A DNA stretch of 64,000 bases from IMG/VR virus record IMGVR_UViG_3300021963_000055, positions 1 through 64,000 of that record, one strand, 5' to 3'. Below, in pieces: positions 36,718 through 47,204 of this stretch (positions within the stretch are counted from its first letter, which is position 1; every line of letters starts with the position of its first letter). The notes beneath the pieces were generated by a model. The model did no database searches. It saw only the letters and a program-made list of their open reading frames with translations, and had not been told where the DNA came from. The stretch is from a virus. Position numbers and translations under genes: made by a program.

Positions 36718-37766
36718 TAGAGAACTTCAGAAGCTTCGATGTAAATAGATTTAACGATAGATTTCAAATGAAATTTATCATAATTATCTTTCATATCTTC
36801 TATATATTTCTGAAGAGTTGTGAGGGTATCTTCGTGTTCAATGGTTTCAATATCACCATTGTCGGAAGCTATTTGAGTATCCTCGATAATTTTAAGATCA
36901 TGGATACCTACATTATAGAACCTTTCCACAATTTTGTCAAACAGGTATAGGTCAGTTTTATTTTCGACTATGATCTTCACATAAGTATCTTTGTACTCAC
37001 TGAGATCCATTTTCAAATAATCGTTAGCGATATCATCATAATAAAACTTTCTAAACATTCGGAATGGATTACGAATGAACTTGAGTTTTCTAGCATCTAG
37101 ATCATAAAGATGAAAACCTCTTTCTTCATTGTAATCACTCCAAGTCATTTCATATGGATTGCCAAGATAGTAAATATTATCACTTCTAGACTTGTGATGA
37201 AAATGACCTGAGAATACTCGTTTAAACTTGGAGAATATATCTCGATCTAAACCACCCTCAAATGTATGTCCTGGATGGGCTTCAAATCCATTGATTTCTA
37301 GGTGTCCCATCAAAACTTCAGATTTAGTGTTCTGAAGATGAGCCATCACTTTTCCTTGATTTTCAGAGTTAATCCAGGGAACCATAGTAATGGTATTGCC
37401 AAGAACATCAATGTCGCAAATCTCATCATAGATTGTAATATTATCATAACAATCTAACAATAGAGTTGGAGTGTTTACTCTGTTAGTATTCTTGTAGTAT
37501 GCAGTATGGTTTCCAACAATCATGTGGACTTGTATACCCATATCTGCTAGTCGATCATAATAATGTCTTTTGATTCTATCCCAAGCTACAAAATCAATAG
37601 CCTTACGATTGTCAAAAGTATCTCCAAGATCAAATAAAATTTTAATGTTATATTTTTCTAGAGTGGGGAAAAATACTTCATCATAGAATTTTAGAAAGAA
37701 CTCCCAGAAAGCTTGGGAGCCTTTTCTTCCGTCGAGATGCTGATCAGTAATAATTGCAGAGTTCAT
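36717..37766 (-). CDS. gp47: Recombination endonuclease subunit (Mre11/SbcD-like)
   Basis: TDQH, LGDTFD, VGNH, SGHFH. Confidence 0.96.
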   Translation of the reverse strand: MNSAIITDQHLDGRKGSQAFWEFFLKFYDEVFFPTLEKYNIKILFDLGDTFDNRKAIDFVAWDRIKRHYYDRLADMGIQVHMIVGNHTAYYKNTNRVNTPTLLLDCYDNITIYDEICDIDVLGNTITMVPWINSENQGKVMAHLQNTKSEVLMGHLEINGFEAHPGHTFEGGLDRDIFSKFKRVFSGHFHHKSRSDNIYYLGNPYEMTWSDYNEERGFHLYDLDARKLKFIRNPFRMFRKFYYDDIANDYLKMDLSEYKDTYVKIIVENKTDLYLFDKIVERFYNVGIHDLKIIEDTQIASDNGDIETIEHEDTLTTLQKYIEDMKDNYDKFHLKSIVKSIYIEASEVL

Positions 37767-38233
37767 CGGTTGTTGCGATATTCAAGGTTTTCTTTGATAC
37801 TATTCATATCAGACATATTAAATCCCATGATGGAATCGTCTGCAGCAAATACTTCATCAAATCCAGATCGTTCTAGAAGTTTGGTTTTAACTTCCAACTG
37901 TTTCTTTTCTTTTTGGATTCTACGAAGAAAAGCAAAGTAAATAATTTGAGTGAAGTAAGCAAATGGATTAGTAGACTTTTCTGGATCAAAGTTGTCGATA
38001 TACTGTAGACAGTTTTCAATTCCATCACAGATCATATCATCCTTGAACATATAGTTCACGAAATTAGGACGGTAAGAAAGATGAGTTGCGATTTTAAGAA
38101 AACACTCTCCAATATAATTTGGGACTCTTGGTTTTTCTTTGCCTTCTTCTTTAGCTAGTTTAACTTCTTTCCTGTAAACCATTAAGGCATCCAAAAAGTC
38201 CTTATTGTTTACGTAGTGTTCTTTTTTCTTCAT
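37763..38233 (-). CDS. gp55: Late transcription sigma factor
   Basis: HYVNN, NF.NY....DMI.DG.EN, NPFAYFTQI..FAF.RRI.KEK. Confidence 0.96.
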   Translation of the reverse strand: MKKKEHYVNNKDFLDALMVYRKEVKLAKEEGKEKPRVPNYIGECFLKIATHLSYRPNFVNYMFKDDMICDGIENCLQYIDNFDPEKSTNPFAYFTQIIYFAFLRRIQKEKKQLEVKTKLLERSGFDEVFAADDSIMGFNMSDMNSIKENLEYRNNR

Positions 38234-38259
38234 TCAATCTTTTAGTTGCGAGTGTATTC

Positions 38260-38288
38260 ACTTTAACACATTTGAATAGCTTTGTCAA
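38260..38288 (-). promoter_or_regulatory. Sigma70-type promoter of gp55
   Basis: TTGACA-N17-TAAAGT. Confidence 0.7.
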
Positions 38289-38345
38289 GGGGGGGTTGAC
38301 AAGAGTGCTCAAAGTGTGTATAATAACCATGTCAAGGTTCAGAAC
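38289..38345 (+). promoter_or_regulatory. Strong orphan sigma70 promoter with conserved flanks (copy 2)
   Basis: G7-TTGACA-N17-TATAAT-AACCATGTCAAGGTTCAGA; no plus-strand gene follows. Confidence 0.75.
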
Positions 38346-38350
38346 TTATA

Positions 38351-38749
38351 TTAAGTATCTATATTGAGTTTAAAAGACTTCTCTAGAAGTCTTCTTGCCT
38401 CATCAATTTTATTTTTAAATCCTAATTCTTTGTCTAATGATACTCTATTAGTATTTTCTTTATTGATATATTTTTTTAAAGTATTACGATAAAGATTTAA
38501 TATTTTATTATCTGCTTCACCTACAGTAAATACTTTACTTTTTTCAATAAAGAATATATCTTCTCTAGAAAATTTAATCCAAGGTCTCATATCAACTTTA
38601 TACATTTCTCCTGCAGGAGTCATTATAAGTTCTACTAGTATTTCAAGTGGATTTTCAATAATAAATCCATCCTCTTCTTCGCAAGAAACTATAATTCCAA
38701 CTATTTCCGTTCCATCTACTAATTTAATTACTCCATAAAATTCAGTCAT
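38351..38749 (-). CDS. Conserved hypothetical protein
   Basis: FYGVIKLVDGTEI...NPL...PW; usual position downstream of uvsW. Confidence 0.8.
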   Translation of the reverse strand: MTEFYGVIKLVDGTEIVGIIVSCEEEDGFIIENPLEILVELIMTPAGEMYKVDMRPWIKFSREDIFFIEKSKVFTVGEADNKILNLYRNTLKKYINKENTNRVSLDKELGFKNKIDEARRLLEKSFKLNIDT

Positions 38750-40218
38750 GTTTGATTCCTTTTAAAATTTACTGGAATTATTTCATACTCAAAATTTTCT
38801 TCTGAGTAAGTTTTAATTCGTTCTATTAAATGATTTAACGTATAGTTTTTCTTTTCTCCTTTTGAGAAATCATCAGCAATATCGAATAGTTTTGCTTTTG
38901 ATTTATTTTCTCCTTTTCTTAATACTCTTCCAATTGATTGAAGGTTTCTAACCCTTGATTTACTAGGGGAGGCAAAAATAACATTATGTAAATTTCTAAT
39001 GTTAATACCAGTAGAAAAAGTGCCGTAAGAAGCAATGATGATAGCATTAGATTCTTCTTCTGTTAATTTTCTAATTAATTCTCTTTCTTCGGTATCAACT
39101 CCACCATATACAAAAAATACTTTTCGTTCATGCCCCACATCACTATTTATTATTTCGTAAAGTATCCTACCATGTTTTTCTACCATAGCAAACAATATTA
39201 AAGTGTTGCCATCTTGATTGATAGCTATTTTTTTGATATAATTGTTTCTCTTTTCAGATCTACAAATATAATCTATTTCTTCTTGATATGAACTAAATTT
39301 ACATGCATCATGTTGAAGAAGTAATACATTAATTTTGAGGTTTGATAGGTAACCTTTGTCGATCAATTTTTTGGTCTTAATAACCTTGTTAACAGGTCCA
39401 AATAACCCCTCTAATACGAGTTGATTTGTATTAGACCCATCCAGAGTACCTGTGAAGCCAAATCTATACTTACAATTGTGTAGTTTTGTCATGATTGATA
39501 TTAGAGACTTAGCTTTAAACTGATGAGCTTCATCTCCAATAACGACATCATATTTTTCAAAGAAACTTTTTGGAAGTTTATAAATTGACTGCCAAGTAGT
39601 GACAGTTACTGATTTATTTGTTTGCTTTGATTTTCCTGAATAAATTTTATGTGTTTCTTCTCCCCAACCATATTCTTGAAAATCTTTTGATAGTTGTTCT
39701 ACAAGAGAAGTTGTAGGAGTAATAATTAACACATTTAAATTTTTGTCAGTATAATATCTAACAATGCAATAAATTATGAGAGATTTACCTGAAGCAGTAG
39801 GAGATAACAATAACTTTCTATTGTTCCTCAGTGCTTCATAAATTGCTTTGTATTGGTAGTCTCTAACTTTAAATGGAATTCCTATAGATTTAATGTAATC
39901 TACAAGTCCTTCTGGAGTTATATTTTGATTGGAATCTTTTGGCATTCCATAATATGGATTATCCTGATCCAAATATGTGTATCCTCTAATACACAACCAT
40001 TCAGTTAGGTAATCATACAATCCAACATAAATTAATCCATCAAATGGACTAAATAATCTAATTTTTCCATCCCACAATTTATTTTTATATTGTGGCATAA
40101 ATTTAGCATTTGGGACATCGAATGTGAAATACTCAGATAATTCGTATTTAATATGAGGTTCACATTCTACAGTGAGATAAACTTCGTTCTTCTTCTTGAT
40201 AATAACATCTGTCATCAA
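38746..40218 (-). CDS. uvsW: DNA helicase UvsW
   Basis: SPTASGKS, DEAH, QSIGR. Confidence 0.96.
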   Translation of the reverse strand: MMTDVIIKKKNEVYLTVECEPHIKYELSEYFTFDVPNAKFMPQYKNKLWDGKIRLFSPFDGLIYVGLYDYLTEWLCIRGYTYLDQDNPYYGMPKDSNQNITPEGLVDYIKSIGIPFKVRDYQYKAIYEALRNNRKLLLSPTASGKSLIIYCIVRYYTDKNLNVLIITPTTSLVEQLSKDFQEYGWGEETHKIYSGKSKQTNKSVTVTTWQSIYKLPKSFFEKYDVVIGDEAHQFKAKSLISIMTKLHNCKYRFGFTGTLDGSNTNQLVLEGLFGPVNKVIKTKKLIDKGYLSNLKINVLLLQHDACKFSSYQEEIDYICRSEKRNNYIKKIAINQDGNTLILFAMVEKHGRILYEIINSDVGHERKVFFVYGGVDTEERELIRKLTEEESNAIIIASYGTFSTGINIRNLHNVIFASPSKSRVRNLQSIGRVLRKGENKSKAKLFDIADDFSKGEKKNYTLNHLIERIKTYSEENFEYEIIPVNFKRNQT

Positions 40219-40646
40219 ATACTACCTTGCATAAATTTCTGCCAGTCAATGCTGTTTTTAATTTGAAAACCTCTAGTGCTAATATTGCTTAGAATATTTT
40301 CTAATAAAAATATCATCTCCTTATAATAATTTAGTTTATTTAAAGATGACTGAATTTCATCATCAGATTCGATATACAATTGAACATCTTGTTTGAGCAC
40401 TTTTAAATCGAATGGTTTTTGTTTATATACTTCTGGATCTGACTTTCCAGTATAATACTCATACTTTTCTTTGAGCATTTTTTTATAATCTTGCTCTTTT
40501 TTAATTTTAATTAATCTAACATCAGAAAGCCAATTTAAATATTTGCTATGAAGTTGTGGAATTTTAATAGATTCATGATCAAGAAGGTCCTCATCCATTT
40601 TAGAATCTTGAGCCCAATGATCTTTAATGAAGTCAATGTCAATCAT
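40215..40646 (-). CDS. uvsY: Recombination mediator UvsY
   Basis: D..L..ES.KIP.LHSKY...RGFQIKN.IDW.KF..G. Confidence 0.92.
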   Translation of the reverse strand: MIDIDFIKDHWAQDSKMDEDLLDHESIKIPQLHSKYLNWLSDVRLIKIKKEQDYKKMLKEKYEYYTGKSDPEVYKQKPFDLKVLKQDVQLYIESDDEIQSSLNKLNYYKEMIFLLENILSNISTRGFQIKNSIDWQKFMQGSI

Positions 40647-41179
40647 AGTTTTTTATCATTAATAGTGTATATATCGTATATAGTATACTTAAAATTGGCG
40701 CTAACAGTAAAATATTGAACATCTTGTGATGTAGATTCAAATCTTAATTGTCCAATATTTGTAGGAAATAAATCTTTAAAAATTACTTTAAATTTTTTTT
40801 TAAAGTTAGAATCTAGAATAAACAAAATTCCTTCGCTATAAGTTTTATTTTCTAAATCGTCGCCAGGAAGTTCTGAAATATCTTTACCTGAATATGGATG
40901 GCCAAGTTTCCTTACCCAATTATGAATGGCAAGGTAATTTTTCATGCCCTCATCCACAATAAATTCAAGATTTAAATCTTCAAAATTAATTTCATCTCCA
41001 GGATGTGGAATTGCATTCCATCGTGTAGATTGAGTAGCTACAGATAAAGATACTCCAGGAATATTTGCTGACTGACAAAAGAATGATACATTAGGATATT
41101 TAATTAATTGAAATTGAAATCCAATTCCTGTTAAAAAATTAGCTGGGCAAGAAGAATTTGTTACAAAATTAGCAGCCAT
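40643..41179 (-). CDS. gp3: Tail completion / sheath stabilizer
   Basis: NFL...F.F...YP.V.FFCQSANIPG...F.VDE...NY. Confidence 0.9.
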   Translation of the reverse strand: MAANFVTNSSCPANFLTGIGFQFQLIKYPNVSFFCQSANIPGVSLSVATQSTRWNAIPHPGDEINFEDLNLEFIVDEGMKNYLAIHNWVRKLGHPYSGKDISELPGDDLENKTYSEGILFILDSNFKKKFKVIFKDLFPTNIGQLRFESTSQDVQYFTVSANFKYTIYDIYTINDKKL

Positions 41180-41201
41180 GATGTTTTATTTTTATTTAGA
41201 T

Positions 41202-41226
41202 AAAAAAAGAGCCCCAAAAGGGGCTC
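41202..41226 (-). terminator. Terminator after gp23
   Basis: GAGCCCC-TTTT-GGGGCTC plus T7. Confidence 0.85.
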
Positions 41227-41247
41227 CTGAAGTATATAAACCAGCGA

Positions 41248-42633
41248 TCACATTAGGTTGATCACACGGGTTCTTCTGTAGTAAACGTTGTCGTTTGCTT
41301 GGAGAGCACCAGAACGCTGGGTAAGACCACCTGCAAATGGGTTTGCAACCATGCCGTAACGGGTCTTGAAGCCAATCTTAGGCTGGAAGGTGTCCTGACC
41401 GATAGAACGAACCATCTGGAGAGGGACATATGGGCAATAGAAGAGACCTGCATCGTATGCATTGCTTCCCTTATAACCCATTACATAGTAATGATCGTTA
41501 GAGATGTTTGCGGAATATGGATCAACATAAACCTTGATACGACCGTTGATAGTACCAGCAAGAGTAGAAACGGTGTCATCTGGGGTGTCACTGGTGTTGA
41601 GTAGTGGGGTGTAATCCATTACTTTAGCAGCAGCTAGAGCACTTGCAACGTCTGCGGAACAAACGATGAAGTTACCCTTTCCTCTACGAGTCTCATGACC
41701 GATTGCGTTTGCATCACGCTCGATCTGGAATAGTAGACCCTTGAACTTCTCAACTGACCAACGACCGTTGGAGTCAACGTCGAGGTCGAAAGTACCAGCG
41801 TTAGCTACGTTGTTCTGAGCACCAGGCTTTGCAGTTACGTAGATGGTACGTACAACTTCACGGTTGATTTCAGTTAAAATCTCTGAGCTTAGGATGTTAG
41901 CAAGCTCAGTCTCGGCATCAAGACCATGAATAGCCTTGAGGTCTTGTGCGAGTTCTAGGGTGTACTCAGCTTTTAGAGCACGGCTCTTTGCTGTTACAGT
42001 TACCTTCTCAATGCTGAAGCTCATTTCACGGAACTCGGAACCAGCTTCACCTAGAGCTTCTGCAGCGTTGGTATTCATACCACCAACTGCAGCGTAGTTG
42101 CCAGAAGCGTTAAGTACACCAGGGTTGGTTGCAGTCTCACCAGTTGCTGCAGAGTATGCACCACCAGCAGCAGAGTAACCAGAAGGAACTTCGTTGAAGA
42201 AGGTCTCGTTATCGAATACGTTTGGAGTAGCACCGTTACCGTTACGGTCAGTACCACGATGAGCACGCATTGCGAAGATGAGTCCAGTAGGACCGCTCAT
42301 TGGCTGAACACCGCAAATGTCATAAGCAATTAGCTTAGGCATGGAACGGCGGATTAGGCTGATTAGAACTGGATCGAAACCAGCAACTGGACCGCCAGCA
42401 GCAGCGCCGCCAGAGAAACCATGTGCTCCTGCACCTGCACCACCTGCAGTGAAGGAACCAGTGCTGTTAGCAGCTACTTCGGAAAGAACGCCACGCTCTT
42501 CACGAAGGAAAGACTCTTGGTTCTCAAGGAGAACTGCAGTTACTGCCTTACGATATCTGTCTGTAATTGGGTTTAGATCGTTATGCTCCAGAATAGGAGC
42601 CCATTTTCTTTGTAGCTGTTCTGAATTAAACAT
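41248..42633 (-). CDS. gp23: Major capsid protein
   Basis: GVQPMSGPTGLIFAMR, ELAQDLKAIHGLDAE, FQPKIGFKTRYG. Confidence 0.99.
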   Translation of the reverse strand: MFNSEQLQRKWAPILEHNDLNPITDRYRKAVTAVLLENQESFLREERGVLSEVAANSTGSFTAGGAGAGAHGFSGGAAAGGPVAGFDPVLISLIRRSMPKLIAYDICGVQPMSGPTGLIFAMRAHRGTDRNGNGATPNVFDNETFFNEVPSGYSAAGGAYSAATGETATNPGVLNASGNYAAVGGMNTNAAEALGEAGSEFREMSFSIEKVTVTAKSRALKAEYTLELAQDLKAIHGLDAETELANILSSEILTEINREVVRTIYVTAKPGAQNNVANAGTFDLDVDSNGRWSVEKFKGLLFQIERDANAIGHETRRGKGNFIVCSADVASALAAAKVMDYTPLLNTSDTPDDTVSTLAGTINGRIKVYVDPYSANISNDHYYVMGYKGSNAYDAGLFYCPYVPLQMVRSIGQDTFQPKIGFKTRYGMVANPFAGGLTQRSGALQANDNVYYRRTRVINLM

Positions 42634-42681
42634 TGGGGGTTAACTCCTTGGTTGTTAAATTTATTGTTAGGAATCTATTAA

Positions 42682-42689
42682 TATTTATA
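42682..42689 (-). promoter_or_regulatory. T4-type late promoter of gp23
   Basis: TATAAATA. Confidence 0.8.
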
Positions 42690-42702
42690 AAAATCTAGAC
42701 TA

Positions 42703-43851
42703 TCACTGAGCCCATCTGGAAACAGCATTTACATATGCTGCCATTGGTCCCTCATAGAAGTCTTGATTCTTTTCAACGAGGTCTTCCACATAATTAGACT
42801 GAACTCTTGGGAAATAATTTTCCTTAATAGTTTCAATCTTGTCACGGAAAGATTCTTCACTAATAAACTCAACACCTTCTGCAAGGTTGAACATCTTTTC
42901 CTTTTGTGTTTCTGCTAGACCTTCGGATACTTCTGCAATAATTCCATGTTTAATATAGGATCCGATTTCTTGGTTTAGTTCAACATTAACTTCAATCTGT
43001 TCGTTGAGTTTTTCCTCCATCTCATCTAGTTTAGCTGCCATTTCGGCAACTACATCTTGTTGCTCTTCTGGAAGATCAATGTTGTTCTCCATGAAGAGGT
43101 TTGCAAGACCTTGCATTAGATTTTCAGCAATTTCGGTCTTGATGCCGTTGTCAATAGAAAGCTGGTTCTCAGCAATCCACTGTTCAGCAACATAATCAAG
43201 GTGAGCGTCTACACGAGTCTCTAGGGACTCAGCAATCTCTTCAATTTCCTCGATTAGACGCTGTTCGTATAGTGCCTCAAACTTTTGAACTTCTTCAACA
43301 ACTTTAGCCTTTACTGCTGCTTCAAAAATAGTTGCAGCCTTTTGCATAAAGTGCTCGGAGAGTTCTTCTCCGTAGAAGAGTGCATTGAGATCGTCGGTAA
43401 TATCGACTTCAATCTCTTCTGCCTTCATTTCTGTTTTTTCTTTCTTGGAAGACTTTTTCTTGCCTTCCTTTTCATCTTCTTCATCCTCATCTTCATCTTC
43501 ATCCTTTTCGTACTCACCTTCAGCAAGTAGTTCATCATCCTCTAGTTCCTCTTCTTCTCTCATTCCTTTTTGGCCTGGAGCGGAACCTTGGAGATGTGGC
43601 ATTGTATCTGGAGACTTAGCTCCAGCATTTACTTTAGAAGATGACTTCTTTACTCTGGAAGAAGCTTTTTTGCCAATTTCATCACCTTCTGGCTTAGTTG
43701 TGGAAGAACCACCTAACTCTTCTGGTGATGCACCCTGTCCAGGAGTGCTGTGCTGTAATTTTTGCATACGGTCTCCTGGTTTAGCGTGAGCAGTGACAAC
43801 GTTTCCTTCTTCTAGAAATTCGTCAAATTCTGTATTTAATACATTGGACAT
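42703..43851 (-). CDS. gp22: Prohead core scaffold protein
   Basis: LSE.F..KAATIFEAAV, YLDYV-like HLDYVAEQW; position. Confidence 0.93.
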   Translation of the reverse strand: MSNVLNTEFDEFLEEGNVVTAHAKPGDRMQKLQHSTPGQGASPEELGGSSTTKPEGDEIGKKASSRVKKSSSKVNAGAKSPDTMPHLQGSAPGQKGMREEEELEDDELLAEGEYEKDEDEDEDEEDEKEGKKKSSKKEKTEMKAEEIEVDITDDLNALFYGEELSEHFMQKAATIFEAAVKAKVVEEVQKFEALYEQRLIEEIEEIAESLETRVDAHLDYVAEQWIAENQLSIDNGIKTEIAENLMQGLANLFMENNIDLPEEQQDVVAEMAAKLDEMEEKLNEQIEVNVELNQEIGSYIKHGIIAEVSEGLAETQKEKMFNLAEGVEFISEESFRDKIETIKENYFPRVQSNYVEDLVEKNQDFYEGPMAAYVNAVSRWAQ

Positions 43852-43892
43852 CGAAAAAACCCTCTAGAATATGTGATATTTTCTACTATTAT

Positions 43893-44546
43893 TTATGAAA
43901 TTTTGATATTACGGAGAAAACTTTCAAAAACTTGTAGTTTTCTTTCAGTTAAACTATTAGAAGATGCGTTATTAATTGCTCGTCTGTAACTATTAATTAC
44001 CTTTTCTTCTAACATACCATTGTTCCAAATCCACTCTTTGCCTTCCATAATGCCTTGTACAAAAGCATCTGGAGCAGAAGGATCCGCAACAATGTCTGCA
44101 GCAGTAGATAACATAAAGTCATCTTTCACTACATTTACTCCATTCCTTTCCTCAATAGATCCAATACCTCTTGAGGAAACTCCGAGTGTAACTCCAGACT
44201 CAAGGAGAGACTTAGCGATTTTACCCATAGGAGTTTCTAGAATTTGAGCTTTCCCAATGAAGTTTGTTCCTTCTGCACGGAGAGAAACAATCTTATGGGA
44301 TACTCGATCTAGATTGATTGTTGGGCTATCTGGATGTCCCAGTTCACCTAGAGCACGACCCTTGGCAACGTAGTTCTCATTGTATGAGCCTACCTCTCTA
44401 TTGAGAGTTTCCATGGGATACATTCGACCATTGCGGTTCTTTAGTTCCGCTTGAAGAAATACTCCTTCAATATATAGGTTCTTTTTACCACCTCTTTCTT
44501 CGGTGATAACTTTAATGTTTTCTATAGTTTCTGTGATTAGTTTCAT
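43893..44546 (-). CDS. gp21: Prohead protease
   Basis: NRNGR.Y, GELGHP, GVSSRG.GS, DPSAPDA. Confidence 0.97.
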   Translation of the reverse strand: MKLITETIENIKVITEERGGKKNLYIEGVFLQAELKNRNGRMYPMETLNREVGSYNENYVAKGRALGELGHPDSPTINLDRVSHKIVSLRAEGTNFIGKAQILETPMGKIAKSLLESGVTLGVSSRGIGSIEERNGVNVVKDDFMLSTAADIVADPSAPDAFVQGIMEGKEWIWNNGMLEEKVINSYRRAINNASSNSLTERKLQVFESFLRNIKIS

Positions 44547-44791
44547 TGTTCGTACTCTTCTTCTGGTACTTCGTCCCCATCATCTTCATATTCAACTACA
44601 GATTCACTACCGTCATAATAATCATCATCTTCTTCATAATTATTAGATGCAAACATATTTTGTGCAATTTCAATTTTTCTCATCCCAATCTTTTCGGAAG
44701 TTTTTCCAAAAAGTGAATCATAGATTTTTTCATTTGCATTTACATTATTTCTAGCAATAATGCTATCAACAATTTCCTGTGCCAAAGACAT
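44543..44791 (-). CDS. Prohead core protein (gp67/68-like)
   Basis: Small acidic ORF between gp20 and gp21. Confidence 0.65.
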   Translation of the reverse strand: MSLAQEIVDSIIARNNVNANEKIYDSLFGKTSEKIGMRKIEIAQNMFASNNYEEDDDYYDGSESVVEYEDDGDEVPEEEYEQ

Positions 44792-44831
44792 AAAAACTCC
44801 AATAATGTATAAAAATTACAATAACTATTTA

Positions 44832-46502
44832 TTAAAATTTAGCTCTTCCATAATCGGAAGGAGAGATGTAATTTTTAAATTGTGCATCTACTCCACCTCC
44901 TGCGGGACCTGCTTCACCTGATGCTGATTGATCAGTTGGAATTTGTTGGTCTTGACCTGGAGGTAATGCATCTCCACCCATTCCCTGATCCATCATCAGT
45001 GCGTTAGGATCTTGAATAATTCCAAGTTCCTTTTCTTTATCAATTTGCATATCAATTTCTTCAATCTCATCATCAGTTTGCTTGAGAATTTGTCTGCGAA
45101 CATATTCAACAGAGAAATACTTACCGAGATATGGTTCTACCTGATTAACAATGGCTAGTCTATCATTTAAAATTTCTGAATTTTTTAACTCAGTGAAATG
45201 ATTGTCAAAGATATAATCATACTGAATAAATTCCTTCATTTCTTCCCAATCATCTGCAGTGATGATTCCTTTGAGAAGAAGTTGAGTTCTGAGAAGATCA
45301 TGAAATAGATCACTAAAACGCTTACGAAGTCTTCCGACAAATTTAGCAAACTTAAGTTCATCACGAGTGATTTCGTTAGTTCTACCGATGGTAAATGAAC
45401 TTTCTTGCTCTAGTCTTGAAAGAGGAATATTTAGTGACTTATAAAGTTTCTTTTGGAAATACTTGACATCCTCAAGTTCTCCAAGATTTTGTCCCCCAGG
45501 AAGAGTTGTGATTTCTGTACCACGGCCACCTTCTCTTCTTGGTAGCCAAAAATCTTCAAGCATACTTAGATGCTTACGATCATCACGAATTTCTCCAGTT
45601 GCAGAGTCATAAACTAGCTTGTTTCTGTATCTACCCATGACTTCTCTGAGGTACTGTTCTGCCTTAACTTTAGGTAGATTACCCACGTCAATATAAAAGA
45701 TTCTACGTTCTGGAGCACGAGATAATCTGTAAATTACTAGAGAGTCTTCGATCATTCTAAGTTGATTTACAGACTTAATAGCCTTATAAAGATAACTTAG
45801 AACCATATTTCTATTATGATCATATAAACCAGATGGAACATAGGTTATAGCATCATTAGAAATTTTGATACCGTTTGCATCAGAACCTTTGTATCCTCTT
45901 GGGAAATAAATGTAGTATTCAATAAACTCACCATAGTCATACTTCTGACCTTCCATGGTGGTTAGTGAATCTACATTTTTCTGTCTTTTAATTTCTCTAA
46001 CTCTTTTTATTTTAAGTGAGTCAATATATCTTAATTCTTTAATTCCTTCTTTTGGTTTATCGAAGTCAATAATTTTATGGTAATATAGTCTTCCATCAAT
46101 ATACCAGCGACGGAAGATGTTATGACATTTTTTATCAAAATTTAAAAGTCTTAGAAGATTTCCAAACTCTTCTTTGATTGATTTTTTAATTTTATCACTC
46201 GCTTGAAGATTTGAAAGTTCTACTGATACTGGAGCAAAATCTAAATCACTACTGATAGCTTCATTAATAATATCATCAATAGCGCCATCAATTTCTGGAT
46301 GTAGAGCAATTTCTCTATATTTTCTAACCAGCTCAAATTCGTTATTATGTTGACCAACACCATCTAAATCTAGGTACTGACCAAAATAGGCACCTGCAGC
46401 AACTACTGAGGTGCCATCATCATCATTAGGTGGCGCTGGTGAAAACGCTTTTGCTGGTTTCTTCTTTCTATCCTCAATTGAGAAACCAAATAACTGGGTC
46501 AT
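44832..46502 (-). CDS. gp20: Portal vertex protein
   Basis: IYRLSRAPERRIFYIDVGNLP, EDFWLPRREG. Confidence 0.98.
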   Translation of the reverse strand: MTQLFGFSIEDRKKKPAKAFSPAPPNDDDGTSVVAAGAYFGQYLDLDGVGQHNNEFELVRKYREIALHPEIDGAIDDIINEAISSDLDFAPVSVELSNLQASDKIKKSIKEEFGNLLRLLNFDKKCHNIFRRWYIDGRLYYHKIIDFDKPKEGIKELRYIDSLKIKRVREIKRQKNVDSLTTMEGQKYDYGEFIEYYIYFPRGYKGSDANGIKISNDAITYVPSGLYDHNRNMVLSYLYKAIKSVNQLRMIEDSLVIYRLSRAPERRIFYIDVGNLPKVKAEQYLREVMGRYRNKLVYDSATGEIRDDRKHLSMLEDFWLPRREGGRGTEITTLPGGQNLGELEDVKYFQKKLYKSLNIPLSRLEQESSFTIGRTNEITRDELKFAKFVGRLRKRFSDLFHDLLRTQLLLKGIITADDWEEMKEFIQYDYIFDNHFTELKNSEILNDRLAIVNQVEPYLGKYFSVEYVRRQILKQTDDEIEEIDMQIDKEKELGIIQDPNALMMDQGMGGDALPPGQDQQIPTDQSASGEAGPAGGGVDAQFKNYISPSDYGRAKF

Positions 46503-46534
46503 AATAATCCTATAACTCTTTTATGTATTTAGTA

Positions 46535-47170
46535 TCAAGATAAAGACTTGGATGTAGCTTCAAAGAAATTATACTGGAACTCTACAGTGAATTCCTCGAT
46601 TTGATCATTTGCTTCAAAAGAAAGATCAATTGAAGAAATTGCTGAAGGCCATGCATCATAAAATTTATATGCACGAATAACTTCTAGTTCAGCACCTTCT
46701 CCATTATTTGGATTAGCTGGAGTCTTGCTAGGGTTTTGATTATCTCTACTGAGCTGAAATACAGTCATATCTGCACAATATGACTTACCTCCATCACTTC
46801 CGTACCCTAATTGAGACGCATTTTCAGTGAGGGCATTGATACCTCTTGACCATGCTTCAAATGCTTGTCTAATTTCAAAGCTACCATCATTAATAATTGT
46901 CACAGACCATGGTTCAAAAGTTCTGTCTCCAGCAACTTTTAACATTCTTCCACGGAAGGGAACTTCAATTGTTCCAATATTTGAAGAGGGAATCTGAGCA
47001 GTTTTTACTAAAAATTCTGCTTGCTTTTGAAGATTTTGTGCAGTTTGCACATTTCCAATATCAACAATTTGAGAAATAGATGTTGGAAATGTTAACCTAA
47101 CTAGAAATAGATTAGGTCTTGCACCACCCTTTTTTAATTGTGATTTAAATTCTGTAATACTCTTAGCCAT
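46535..47170 (-). CDS. gp19: Tail tube protein
   Basis: GGARPNLF, FRGR..KVAGDRTF..W, IEEFTVEFQY. Confidence 0.96.
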   Translation of the reverse strand: MAKSITEFKSQLKKGGARPNLFLVRLTFPTSISQIVDIGNVQTAQNLQKQAEFLVKTAQIPSSNIGTIEVPFRGRMLKVAGDRTFEPWSVTIINDGSFEIRQAFEAWSRGINALTENASQLGYGSDGGKSYCADMTVFQLSRDNQNPSKTPANPNNGEGAELEVIRAYKFYDAWPSAISSIDLSFEANDQIEEFTVEFQYNFFEATSKSLS

Positions 47171-47204
47171 TGTTTTCTCCTAGATGGTTTACAAAATAGA
47201 ATAA

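Noticed and set aside
43385-43789. Poly-Ser plus ORF and TCA/TCT repeats
   Set aside because: Reverse complement of the Asp/Glu-rich tract of gp22; not a repeat element
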